Source: Ascidiella aspersa (lineage: Eukaryota). Taken from it: a stretch of DNA of 64,000 bases. Positions 25,301-37,873 of the stretch are shown piece by piece. Position 1 is the stretch's first letter. Each line of letters begins with the position of its first letter. The translations under genes were made by a program, and so were the position numbers. The stretch lies in the NCBI GenBank assembly GCA_963924565.1, contig OZ004609.1, positions 33,046,001 through 33,110,000 on the forward strand, in the 5' to 3' direction. Below the pieces are notes generated by a model. That model worked only from the letters and a program-made list of their open reading frames with translations, was not told the DNA's origin and made no database searches.

Positions 25301-28300
25301 GTTCCTTTACGGTAGCAAGCACGGCGTTTTTTATCTTCAAAATAAAAAAAAATTATTATGTTAACAAGCGTCATTTACCCGAAATCACACCGGAATAATG
25401 CACAAAGTAACTGTTCGTTTCAAGTCGCGAGCACGGTGTGTCTGACGCCATCATTGATATGCACGCTCTGGAGATCCAGAACCGATCAAAGGCTGCCGTC
25501 AGAACAGAGGAAGACGCCGACTTCCATCACGTGCTCGAGCAGAACATGTACAAGCCAAGATCGAGGGTTTGTTCGGTGTTTTTTTATACAGAATTGTCGT
25601 TGTATCTTGCGCTGGTCATACTTATATATAAGTTGCAAATCAGGTTCGCTTATTCCGTGCAGGTTTACAATTTTTTTAAAAAACTTGGTTAGATATTTTT
25701 TTTAATATTAAACTGGCTCTGCTGTATCTAGCGCAAAGTTGTAACCTTTTGCTCCACACTTTTCAGCTTTTGTTCATTAAAAAATCAACAAAAAGCTATA
25801 AATAATCAAGACTGTCAGCGTTTGGAAAACGACAACGCTTTCCTTTGGTATTTAATGTATAAGAATCTAGAATCAAATCAACCTTTTTTAAGCCGCTTTT
25901 CGAAAATCGGTGAATAGACTTACACACACCGGCAATAAAGTAAATAGCACGCATCAAATGAAACGTTTTCTTTTTACAATTCTGTCAAAAAGGACACGAA
26001 TTGTAATATCCTTTCAGATTTCATTCCACGTTTTATCAAACAACTCTCATCGATAAGCCAGCTATAATTTTTGCAGACAGACATACAAAACTTAAGATTT
26101 GTTTAAAAAGCCCCTTACTAAATCAAAATATATATAACATTTATTCATCAAAATTTAAACTAAACAAACTGCTTTAGGTTATTTATTTTAAATTCGAATC
26201 ATTCCAATCAGTTTTTTTCAAATTTACCGCCTCCTATTAAAAGAAAGACTTTCCCAAAAAAGCATATTTTTTGCGTTTTAATAAAAAAATACCTAGTATT
26301 TAAAACGTATATTTGTAAAGTCCTTTCCCGCCGTTTGTTGTTTATTGAAATACTCTATTAAAAATGTTGCCGAAAAGTACAAAGTTTAACTCGAGAAATT
26401 TGTTTCTAAAACAACTCCTTAACACCGTGAGAGAAGCTTAATTTTATTTCCAACCCATCAATTCCATTTCCCTCCCATTTAAAGGAAACGACTCGTCACC
26501 GTCGCGGTTACATAGACGAGGACACGACACGTAAGAAGCAGGAACAAGAGATTCTGATCAGACACAAGATCCACCAAAAGCAACGACGACATAAGCATTA
26601 CAAGCACAAACACAATAGGCATAAGGTGAAGCAAGTGTGTCCGTTTACAAGCTGTTTTAATAGTGGTTATGTCAAGACTGTTTATAAAAAAACAGGTATA
26701 AAACATAAAATAATTTCGCTTTAAAAATCAGTTTCTTTTTAGGAAATGATTTTATGTTTTGTAGCATTAAATTAAAAGATTTCGTATTTGCGTAATGAAC
26801 TTCATACCAAAATACAGATCAATAAGAACCTTGCTTTGAATCAGATGAGTACTTAGAAAGTTAAATGTAAACTGAAAAAAAAAAAACTCTAGGACTGATC
26901 AACAACGACAAAAATGTATAGTTCCTTTTTTAGGAAACGGTTCCTCTAAAGTTTTAAGATTTTTTCTTTCCTGATATTTTTTAACTGTATTATGTTATGC
27001 CGATTTATTTAGTTTTTCAACTGTTTCGCACACGCGTAACCTTATATTTGTTGACGATTTAGCAACGATCGGGGTCCAGAGCCGGAGGTATGTCTACTTC
27101 AGCGAGCGGCAAACAAATCAGAAGAGGTATATGGTGTAAAAAATTGTTCGGGCATTTGAAACCAAGTCGATAACGCTCGATCACTTTTTCTCCGGTCTCG
27201 CATTAGTTTAAAACGGCCTTTTTGGATTATCCACTTTTTATTTTGACTGAAAATGTACATTTCGGTGTTTTTTTTAATTCCAAACTTTGTTGCCTATCGT
27301 CCCTTTAAGTTTTTTTTATTTACAGCTTGGTTCGTTTGTTGTAAATGCTTGCTATTGGCAAACGTTCAGCTCAAATTTGTGGCATTCATTTCAACCTGGT
27401 TAAAAATTTCATTTGTTTGGTATGCTCTTCACTATTTATAGCATCAGACGTAACTTTTATTTTTATTTTTTTATTAATGATAAGTAATCCGACGAAAGAT
27501 GTTAATTAATTACTCCTAGTAGCTAGTTTGGTCTAAAAAGTAATAACCATAAAACTTATGTTTTTTATGACAGGTTTAAAACAAATTTCAGTGGCAAAAT
27601 CACAATTAAATTCTTATTATTAAGACTTCTTTAAATTTTCTCACTCTATTTAGATGTCTTGTTAGTAAGCACGACATGGTAGCAAATCGAATAAAATGTA
27701 GGGTTATGAAGTATTTCATGCATGGGTAATTTCTGCGGTGATCTGCGAAATAACCTCCTCATTCAATCTATAAAATTATATATATAACTAATGATAATTT
27801 CTGACAAAGCAAAATTAGTCATTAATATAACCTAATAACCATTAACACTAAAATTGTTTTAACATAAGAGTGGTAATACCAGTGTTGTAAACAAGTCATT
27901 TTGAAATGGCTTTAGTCCCAGTCAAGTTATTTGTAAAATAACTTCGGTCCAAGTCCAGTCTTTTCAAATGAATAACAAATGAAGTCCCAGTCAGGACATA
28001 ATTCAGGCAAGTCAACTCCACGTCGATTCGTTGTCATTAAGATTAAATATTAAACTGTTAAAATTATTAAAATTGTCCGATTATATGAGCAATAAATCGA
28101 TTGCAAAATAACAAAACCGCATTTAAAGCAAGCAAATTGTTTTTATGCAAAAATTAATACAAATACTCCAATTTTATAAAAAAAATTGCCTAATGAAAAC
28201 ATTTTATGTCAACCTAATTCATTTGTCCAAAAGACTTAACGTAAAGCCATTAAAGGACAACGACGTAAGTGCACTTAATTTTAGTCATTGGCTTACGTCA

Positions 28301-31300
28301 TTACAACACTAGTATTAACCCAAGTGGTATAAAGTCAGTTTAACCCAAAAAACAAGAAGGATTCAGTCTTGGAAGTTTCCGTGACTGTTTTGATTTGTCA
28401 TTGCGTTAAGCAACGGGCCGAACACTACTTATGGCCGGTAATGTGCATGTTACTCTTGTTGACATCAATATAGCGCCGAGTAATAACGTCAATCCGGGAG
28501 AAACGACCAGTCTGCTGGGTAAGCGTGTAGGCATGTCAAGCAAGCTGCTGCCCTGGAGTGCATGTGTTTCTTTGTCATCATGTCTCTGCATTGTCCTTAT
28601 GTGCAGTGGTTCTCAAACTGGGGACACGTAATGAAATTTCAAAAAAATGAAAAACAAATTTAAAGCAACTTTTTTGTAATCACCTAATGAATTATGTTAG
28701 TCTTTGTAATTAGGGATGTATTAAAGTGGGATCCTCGATATTCTACATTCAACTTTCTCATAGTTATAATAATACTATATTATTTGACAGCTTGTTTGCA
28801 GTGAGTAGTTTGTTCAACTACTAATTTAAATTTATTTTTTACCGTGTCTTTTCTGATTTTTCTTTTCTGAGAATTTGATTGGGTTCAACCATTATTTCAA
28901 GACAAGTTTTATAAAGGGCTTGGTTAGGTGAAAAAGTTTGAGAACCACTGTTCCATATTGTTTCCTTTTACGACATTGATAGAAATGTCGAAAGCTTGCT
29001 GTGCTCTATCGATTTTAAATCAATCGTTGTAATTTTTTTATTTATGAAACATTTAGTTATTAAAAATATATACCATTTTTCTCCCTTGAACTATCTTTTT
29101 TTTAGCTATTTACTTTCGGCCTTTGTTAATTTTAACAGTAAATCTTCGAATGTACGTTTGAAAAAGGTCTATGTACCGCCATAGCAGATTTTTGTCACGT
29201 AATGAAATAACAATCCAGGCACATTTATCGCCTTAAAATACTATTAACAGATTTCGGATTTTCAAATCTGATTTATGCAATGCTCTTTAATGCCTACTTT
29301 ATGAAATGTGTAGCTTGCTGCAAAGTTATGTATCATCTATAGCACTGCTTGCAAATGGCATTCATCTTGCATGTCTAATTCATTTTTTCTTAAAACAAGC
29401 ATACTTTGCATTTTTCAGTCTAAGTTGTATTAGAAATTTAGGACTTGGTCTAAAGTATTTTTCATCTCCCTGAAATAGATGTGACCCGGTATGGTTTTTT
29501 TTTTCCTCGTCTTTTATTTTTTAGAAAAATATTTTTAGTACCATATTTTTGTAATACGTGGTATTCCATAAAACTAGTTTGTTACAACCAGGTATTTTGT
29601 TTGCCTCTACCCCGCAATAGACCATTAGTATAATGTTTTTGTAAATTCTTAGCCTTCCCCTTTATTCAAAAGTCCCAAAATACAACGTTTTGCTCAATAT
29701 TTTGCCTCCTTTTTTTTTTTCACACATTTAAACTCGTTATTATTTTAAAGTACCCAGATTTGTTGTTTTTATAGATACGCAAATAATAACGTTTTTTATG
29801 CATTTTATTTGTAGTTTATTTTATTTTTCATTTATTTTTTCACTTATAAATACAACTTTACTTAATTAAGGTAGTGTTCATCAAAAACCGTAGAATGATT
29901 AACCTAATCATTTAAGATTGTTGCAATCGCCAAAATTTTTTAGTTCCACTAATTTAGCTCAAAAAATGTATATGTATATATATATAGATATAGATATATA
30001 TTTTCTTATGATAAAAGCTAATTGTTACTACAACTGCATTCAGTACCAGTTATCAATAGTTTGATTTTTCTTTTTAATGCAATTTACTTATTTTGCAATT
30101 TCTTGTACTTTTTTAAATTTACTTAAATCAAGCCCAAATACCTGATTATGCCTTGAGATTTTCGTTGTTTTTGTAATGATTAAAAAATGTCTGTGGTTTT
30201 AGTATTTTGAAAGTTGCACGTTCAAATGCCTCTATATCTGCGTGGCTCCGTCCCGTTTCTAACTAATTTAAATTTCCTAGTACCAAATCTACAAGTTGGT
30301 AACTTGGTATTTTTTAACCAGGATACCTGACGCTTGCTTCTTATTAACCTGTTATTTTATCTTAAGACCCAACTTTTGTTGTGGACCCGGCAAAGGAAGA
30401 AAATTCTCCAGTAAATCCCGGATTTGAAGATGACTCGGGTATTACCTTCATTGCTAAGAAAGGTGAGAAACTGTTCGTTATTTCGATATTTGTTCTTTAA
30501 CGGCGATATACGCTCTAGTTTGATTCGACGGTTGATGAGTTGTCGTATTCTGTGTTTTGTCAACGAAAAGTGTCCATTAAGTTTTAAACAAAAATTGTTT
30601 CAATATATTGTCCCATTTCCATTATGGGTGTCCGACGTATTTGATCGTTGCATGAAAATCAAAGCAAATCGACGTATATTTAAACTAATCATTTTCTGGT
30701 TTGAAAAAAAACCCAAAAAATAAGGGGGGGTCTTTATAAGGTCTTAATGACAAGTGTATCTTGAATTTAATGCGAATTTTAAATCCATTGAAGGGCATAT
30801 TTTAACTTTGGAGATTTGTTTTATTTTACCTTATAATGAATATTTATTGGAAAATTCATCACTGATCGTCCGACAGAAATTTTGATTTTTATAGGATTTT
30901 TTTAAGATTCATACAAATTAAATATTGGACATCCATAAAGGCATGAAGTATATTTTCAAAAAACATTAAATATTTTTTTTACCGTAACTATTTTTTTGAT
31001 TTGTCATTATATCATTGCAATCAATGTAAATGTCGACCCATTTGGGGTTGATATTGTAAATTAGGCATTTCATACCAAATGTGTTTTACGTGTAAATGTA
31101 AATTTGTATTTTATTTTACTTTTTAGAATGTTGGTATTAAAAAAGCAAAGAAACATAAACACGTCCAAATACAGTAAACTTCTCTCGTTTAATACAGAAA
31201 AACATTACTAGCCTTAGCATCAGCATAGTGTATTGTTTTTGGTACTGAAGAGTGTGATTTTTCGCCTAACCATGTACTTTGAATGCGCGTTAAAACGTAA

Positions 31301-34300
31301 CCTTTTATTTCCCTTGCAATCTTTCAAAAGCGGCCGTTAAAAACGGATGGAACATGACTCGCAACCCGCTCGGGTTTATGAGTTCTTTCGACGCTTTACC
31401 AGAGGAAGGGCCTGAAGGTTTGACTTTTGTGACTGCGTGTCTGTGAGCATGAAAAAACTGCCAGTTTTTTTGGCCGAATTTAGAACTAGAAAACAACAGT
31501 AGTTCGCGCGCGCGCGTTGCCGACACCTTTATGTGCTCTGTCGCTTGTAGCTTTTCTGCTCTGCTCTGCAGTTTGAGAAATGTTTAATTCGTGTTTAAAA
31601 AATACAGAAAAACTTTGGTAATTAAAAAAAACGCATTGAAATAAATTGTAATTTAAAAAAAATGGAAAGTTTTTAATTAAAAAAGACGCATTTAAAAATA
31701 TCGCTTATTGTTAAATCGGATTTTGCAATTGTCCGCGTTCATAAAAATACCTTTGTTTGAACCAGGGATGTCGAATAATATCGTCTCGTAACCGATACCC
31801 GATGCCAAGTGTTGATATCGGCACTCTTTTGACACTAAGGTGTTATTCGATGCCAAATTTATAAAAATCATCCATGTTTTGCGATCCAATACAGTGATTT
31901 CTACTTTAAAAGGGAAATTTATCAAAAAACTAGTAGATTCGCAACTGGATGTTAACTATTCTACGTAATGACTTTGCAAAATTGCCTTTAAGCGTTTCAA
32001 TTTCGTTCAATTTGCTTGGTAGAGCATATTAATGACGTCATTTAGTATCGGATCGTATCGCGATACATTCCTTTCAAAATATCGGATATCGGTATCGACC
32101 AAATATCAAGTATCGGACATCCCTAGTTTTAACTGCAATTGTGTTTCTAAAAAAGTAGTGCTTATAGTTAATCAGGATGATATATTAACGCGTTTGTTGT
32201 GCCTGTAGTTTGTAGACTACGGATGTTATTTGTTTTCAATCAATAGTTAAATTTAAAATACCTGCTGTAGTTAATTACCAAGGAATGTTAATGCCTAGCG
32301 AGTAGCCTTAAGGTTTTGCTTGTTTTGAATTCCAAGTTAAATAAACAAAAAAATAGGTAATTATGAAGCTGTAATAGCGCGTTGTTTTTACGTAGTTAGT
32401 CGCCTATTTGGGTTTCATTTGGTGTTTTACGTCATTTGTATTGTTTTATATTCTAACGATTAATTTGCACATCATGCTCTTTCCTTAGTTTTGCTGCTAA
32501 ACACACTTCCTACTCAAGTTCAGCTGCTGCTTCGTAGGCTTTTGTTGCAAAATAAATGTTTAAATGATTTAGATTTTTGTTGAGGATGTTAAACTTCTCT
32601 TTATGATGTTATTTTACCAGTTTTGCGGCCAATTGGTGTGCTATTGGTGGTTTCAATTTTTAGTGTTGGTTTGATCAAAGTTTTGTAATCTTTTACCAAA
32701 ATTGAGTGCTTTAATTTAAATAAATGAACGGTGTTTTTGGTTGGCTTTTCCAACATGGGTTTTGAAATTAAAGAAATTTAATTTTATGTTTTAAAAAGTA
32801 GTAGCTTTATTTGTTAGACTTTCTTAGCTCGTCTATTGAAAACCTTACCACACACTTCGCTGCCAATTAAACCTACAAAATCATCTTGTCGATTTCTTCA
32901 TTGATCGAACAACGAAAAGTTTAATGAAAACGTTTTCGTGACATAACCTGCTGAAGGATTCAATAAAAACACACACTTTCATTGCAAGATGCACCGTTCA
33001 GTAATTACCTGCTTTTCGTGTTTCGATGTCCAATTACTTTGCACCGCTTAATGTCGTATAATATCTGTTAATTTGAGAGAAAAAAAATCCCTACAAAAAG
33101 GCAAAATGAAAGAAAAACGCAAAAACGCCTAAAGCCACGCCGAATTAAGTACAGACTTCTAACTGCGAAACGTTTCCCGCCCTTTTCAGTGGACGGGGCC
33201 GAGGAGCCACCAGCGGCGGAAGAGAGCCCCAAAAAGGCTGACGAATCGGTCGCGCTTGACCGCGCACTGCCTTGGAGGTGCAACGACAACAGTGTGGTGT
33301 GCGACCCGCATAACACACCCGCCTCACCTGCAGGTAACTAAAATAAATGAAGAAGAGCTAGTTGTATTTTATTGCCTTCAAGGAGGGGACATAATCGGCC
33401 AAGATTGTGTAGATATTCAGCAGTCCACTCGTTGGGGTATAATATGACACCAACTGTTCGCTGCACTGACTTTACACCTGTGTTATCCATTTTTGAACCT
33501 GGCGATATCAATTTTTTTAAGTTTGTGTGAATTTAGATATTTTTGGTTAAGTAAAACGAGGTCATATGCTAAGCATTCGGCCCGCACTCTTTTTCACAAA
33601 CTGGGCACGGGGCCATTCCTCATATTTTTTGGGCCATTTTTAACTAAGTAAAAAAATTTTTTTTTTAAATCTTGGTGCTGCATCGAGTGGTCTAACATGT
33701 AGCTGGGCCCTCTTTTTAAATGCAAATACCCTAGTATTATCCCTGATTGACAGTCGTTTGGGTTCTTGTAATGAGATGCGTAAAGTCTGCACAGTTAAAA
33801 TTGAACTTCCGCCCGGTTTTCTGAGTTTGATTTTTGCCCGCAACTAAAAAAACGCTGACTTGTACCTTGTGGCCTTAAATAAACCTATACTAGGTCGAGT
33901 TAGAGTCTGACTACGCAGCCCTGGGTTTAACATAAACTGTATACCAAATGACAAATACGTGCAGCTAGCTCTTATACCCTTCACATTAAGCTTGGTTTCC
34001 TGACCTTACACCTTGCGGCCTTAAAACCGACTTCTCCTTGCTTAAGAGTCCGACTCCTAGTCTTGGCGAACAAGCCCTGATGTTAACACAAACCGTGTAC
34101 AAAGTGACCCTAACGTGCAGCTAGCTCTTATAACCCTCATTCACATTATCTCTTCTCAGTGCACTCGGCCTGGATGGACAACCACCCTCAATACGGGGAA
34201 GACGAAGATGATCCGAAGAAAGAAGACGAGACCAACCAAGGGAAGGAGGAAGAACAAATGGATGCTCCCATTGTGAGGGTGGAGGTCAACGCGCCCTCTG

Positions 34301-34347
34301 GCATCGTCAACGAACAATGGGAGTCGATGGCGGAGGACAAAGTCTAG
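7398..34347 (+). CDS. Plasma-membrane sodium/hydrogen exchanger (SLC9A1-5 group, NHE3/5-like tail)
   Basis: Phase-consistent exons: 7398-7503, 7807-7857, 8441-8488, 8979-9074, 9700-10014, 10975-11138, 12811-13067, 14043-14263, 16306-16508, 18415-18504, 19072-19142, 21163-21302, (22220-22258), 22738-22840, 25425-25566, 26485-26625, 27063-27126, (28411-28518), 33190-33333, 34160-34347. Motifs: [128 protein letters not shown]. The N-terminal and distal-tail exons are less certain. Confidence 0.92.
17513..17965. repeat. Diverged tandem duplication (period ~200 bp, 2 copies)
   Basis: gtgtgacgaaagcagt...ttgatttaacc.agtgcttcccaacatttactcacc at ~17513 and ~17716; both copies end aaacgct...ttgtaat.tcgtca.ttt.tgacgtc. 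Confidence 0.75.
20684..20862. repeat. 30-bp minisatellite, ~6 copies
   Basis: Unit tttggatagctgactgcagtagtttgaaaa, near-perfect; it accounts for the three repetitive ORFs at 20609-20964. Confidence 0.95.
21475..21934. mobile_element. hAT MITE whose right terminus is repeated 4 times in tandem
   Basis: Left end gaggggttcttaaac, right end gtttaagaacctctg, flanked by cattaaa on both sides; a ~46-bp unit aaaaaaatgttaggggtccgcggtaaaaaaagtttaagaacccct repeats 4 times at ~21752-21934. Confidence 0.85.
22330..22644. mobile_element. hAT (Buster-type) MITE
   Basis: Ends caatggt...ggttctcaacc and ggttgataaccactg; 8-bp TSD CATTAAAG at 22322-22329 and 22645-22652. Confidence 0.75.
27880..28311. mobile_element. 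MITE of the CAGTGTTGTAA family, opposite orientation to 43247-43695
   Basis: TIRs cagtgttgtaa / ttacaacacta; internal aagtc repeats. Confidence 0.7.
28604..28950. mobile_element. hAT-type MITE
   Basis: Perfect TIRs cagtggttctcaaact / agtttgagaaccactg; no TSD evident. Confidence 0.7.
31763..32125. mobile_element. hAT-type MITE of the AGGGATGTC / ATCGG-repeat family
   Basis: TIRs cagggatgtc / gacatcccta; TSD GTTTGAAC / GTTTTAAC (7 of 8); subterminal atcgg/ccgat repeats; a partial right-end copy lies at ~45398-45500. Confidence 0.75.
33866..34148. repeat. Diverged tandem duplication (period ~140 bp) just upstream of the last SLC9A exon
   Basis: ccttg.ggccttaaa...agagtc.gact...gccctg...ttaaca.aaac.gt.tac.aa.tgac...acgtgcagctagctcttata...ttcacatta occurs twice. 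Confidence 0.7.
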
Positions 34348-37300
34348 TGTGACGTCACAATTTTGATTGTTGTGATTGTGACGCAACGACGGTAAATTTG
34401 CACTTACACGGTTTCACAACGCCGCGGTCACGTTAAAGTAAACTGCGCCGACCGACGACTAACGCCTCAGCTTTAGAAAATGTATTTTTTGGACCAAAGG
34501 GGGGTGTTCACAATTTGAAAATACCATCGTTTCTGATCGTACGATCCACATTAAGCCTTTTTTTTTTCAACTTTCCACTCTTGAACCTTAACGCTGGCCA
34601 CAATATACCTGCTAATACACAAGTCATTTTGTTTTGTAATCTTGTTTACCGGAAAAACAAAATTATTATAAAGTATTTTAGTAAACTAAATTTTCAAAAA
34701 AAAAATTATAGATCAACTTAAAATCGCCTTAAACTGGCTTTTTGACTAATTTAGTTAAAAAAGTGTGGGATATTATTTTAACCCCTCTGAACGTATGCTC
34801 CAGTTAAGTTTGCTTTTGTACATTGCATCCTCGATTCGTTCCATGATTTTTGTTTGTGTTTCGTTCCGTGCTTTGCTGCCTAGCAAAACGTCCAGGAACG
34901 TAACACATCAGGGTGGAAACATGTGCCGAGTTTAAGCTTATTTGAATGCAGGCGCGATAATCGCTATGATTCGCTTTTTAACAGGCAACGCAATAACCTG
35001 TTTTTATCGTGCCACGTATTCACTATTCGCCAAGCAAGGCAATTTACATGTACGAATGGTCGAATTATGTAGCCTGAAAAACAAATAACGAATCTTGTTT
35101 TTGTCCGATTTTTCAGTAAATCGGTCAAGTTTATGAAAAAAATCATGCGGATTAAACTATGTAAGCTTGCTTACCGCCGACTTAAAAGTGGCATTGCCCT
35201 AAATTTTCTTTAAACCGATCTCAAAACCTACTTTACAACGTTAGAATGTTTTTTTTTTCTGCTTCAATACGCATTTTCCCCGCCCGTCAATGGTGTATTA
35301 CGCATTCGCGTTATTTCTGACATTGTGAAGTGTGCGTTTCAAAATGCCTAAAAAGGACAGGGTTAAAAATATTTTTTTCAGGGGGGGTACTTGTAATTTT
35401 TTTGGGTAAATTTGGGGTAGATTGATATACTTTGCTTATTTTTTTTCTAAAGCGTTATTTAAAAAACAATTGCGTGCAAATCTGTTAAGATTAGAGTTGC
35501 AACTTGTGTCAACAGTACGTTATAAAGTATAACTATATATATATCCACTTTTTCACATTGTGCGCTAATTGATTTCGAAGCTTATCCTATTGCTTGCAGC
35601 TACTAGCTATGCACTGGTGAACAATCATTTCTGCGTGCTATTAATATATTTCCTCGTGCTTATGCGTTGTCGCGTTTTTATTTTAGAAATCTAACGCCAA
35701 TCTAGTTTTGGCTGGACTTGTTATCACCGTTTTCCCGCTAATAAGCTCATTTAACCAGTATCGAAACGAATGGAACCTTTATTAGCTTTTGTTTATGTTC
35801 AAATCGTTTGCGATTGTTGTATTACAACGTCACAAAGCCAATAATGGGAAATCGGGTGTCAGTAATTTCTGAGTTAAATTTAGAAATCCGTGGAAGTCTG
35901 AATTTATGTTGTAACGCTATTGTGTGCCATCAATTTTACACGTTTTGCGTGTTTACCAGCGAAGTCTTTCTTTCCTTCTTTTTTTGGCTTCTTTGATTTT
36001 AAAAGGTTTAAATAAATTTTGCTTAACTTGCATTTTTAACTTTAATGGGAAAGTTATCATCACAGTTAAGACCGAAGACGGTAAATATTTAAGTGATAAT
36101 TTATAACGAAATACTTGTTTTATCTTGTAAATAAATTGTATTTACCGTGGCTTAATATATAAACTAATAATTTATATATCTATAAACTGTCTTAAAACTT
36201 AGCAATTGCAGTTTTAGCTTTACATACTTCGCAATCCATTTTCCTCGAAGGAAAATTCCAATTACAATAATTCGTGAAAAATCTATGTTGTTGTCGTTGT
36301 TTTTTTCTTTTTTGTTGCTTTTTTCTGGGATTCGATTGTGGACGACAAAAGCATTCCCGGCACAAGCACTAATTTCTTGTGTTTCCTTGCTTAAAATAAA
36401 AGTTCCACTCAGCAGCAAAATCAATGCGTATGTACTTGGTTGCCGATCATGTTATGAAAGGAAGTTCATTTATAGGTCTCGAGGTTGATTTTATTTTTCT
36501 GCGAGTTTTTTCTGCTACAAACAGTTTGGTACGTTATTCGCTATAGTCAAATTTAATTTGAAAGCTAAGTTTTTTTTAACTTCTTTTTAAATAATGAATT
36601 TTCAAAAAATCGCATTTTCAAAATAATTAAAACATTTAATTTAGGAATAAAATTTCCTTTTTTACCATCAATAATACCCAGTTTAAAGGAGTTTAAGCAA
36701 AGTTTCAGGCCAGGTTATATCAGTTTTAACAAATATTTGTGTTTTGAAAAACGGAATTTTTGGTGTATTTCTTCTACCTCTTAATTTGCACGAGTTGATT
36801 TGAATCTAAAAAATTGTACGTATGTTTTACTTTAATTAAACATCTTTGGCGATTGAAAACATGTATCTGCTTTGTTTGTATAATGAATCACGTTTACATA
36901 TTCAATATTATACATCCCGTTAGATTTAACACATAAATTAAACATTTGAAAAATCCCTCCTTTACAGAAACGTTCTAAAAACTTCAACGTTTCACCCAGC
37001 ACTACTAATTTGTTTCCACCGGTCTACAAATATGATCTTAAACCTAATATTTTAAGTAAAGCTTTTTTTAGCTGAGGTTAAATTGTACAGATTTTACCTA
37101 TTTTAAAACAACCTCAAGGTTTATTTACAAAAAAGTTCAGTAACCTTTTTGCCCCAACCGAACTAGATTGTTTCTAGGTAAACTTCATGCAAAAGAACAA
37201 GTAAAATTTTAGCAAATATATTGGTAACGACAAAAACGCAGTAGCCTGAACAAAACAGTATGCACAAAAAAACGTGAAAATGAACAATTGAACTCTAGCA

Positions 37301-37873
37301 ACATTGTTTACATGCAACTATACAGCAGAGGTCTCAATAAATTGCTATCGAACACTTCTAGCAGCTGTACAATGGAATATATATTTGTACAACAAACTTA
37401 TTCAAATATTTTATCTTTAAAAAATTAAAAATTAATATTTTTCTGCCATGAACATTACTTTTTTCTTTCTATGTTATGCTACATTTGCAGACAAAAACAA
37501 CAAAATGCATACGATAAAACACAACAAATATGATAATAATCACGCAGTTGAATAATATTTATGTTTGTAGTAAAAACGAAGTTGTCATGTGTGCTTACCG
37601 TTGAGGTTTAAAAACATTAGAAAAATATGTAAAATGCTGTGTGTTTATAATTTGTGTGTAGCATGGAGGGAAAAACAGTGACAAAATTGCAAGACACATA
37701 GCAACTACCAAAATCAAACTGAGCAGAAAGGCGTAGCACCTGAATTTACGTCCAAAAGCTACAAAATAAAATAAAATATGAACTTAAAACCCGTGTCATG
37801 CATAAAAAAGCAAAGCCCGAATTAAGTACAGCAACAGTTTGAAGCGAAAATGAACACAAAAACGCGGTAAAAA

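Noticed and set aside
30240-31570. ORFs and a CpG-rich patch in the long SLC9A tail intron as a nested gene
   Set aside because: No recognisable protein motif or consistent exon chain; it could be a TE remnant or enhancer, but this cannot be supported from sequence alone.
34348-34359. Palindromic CRE (TGTGACGTCACA) right after the SLC9A stop, and other TGACGTCA hits
   Set aside because: The motif recurs in MITEs and CpG-rich introns (e.g. ~17690, 21704, 32033); no independent support for function.
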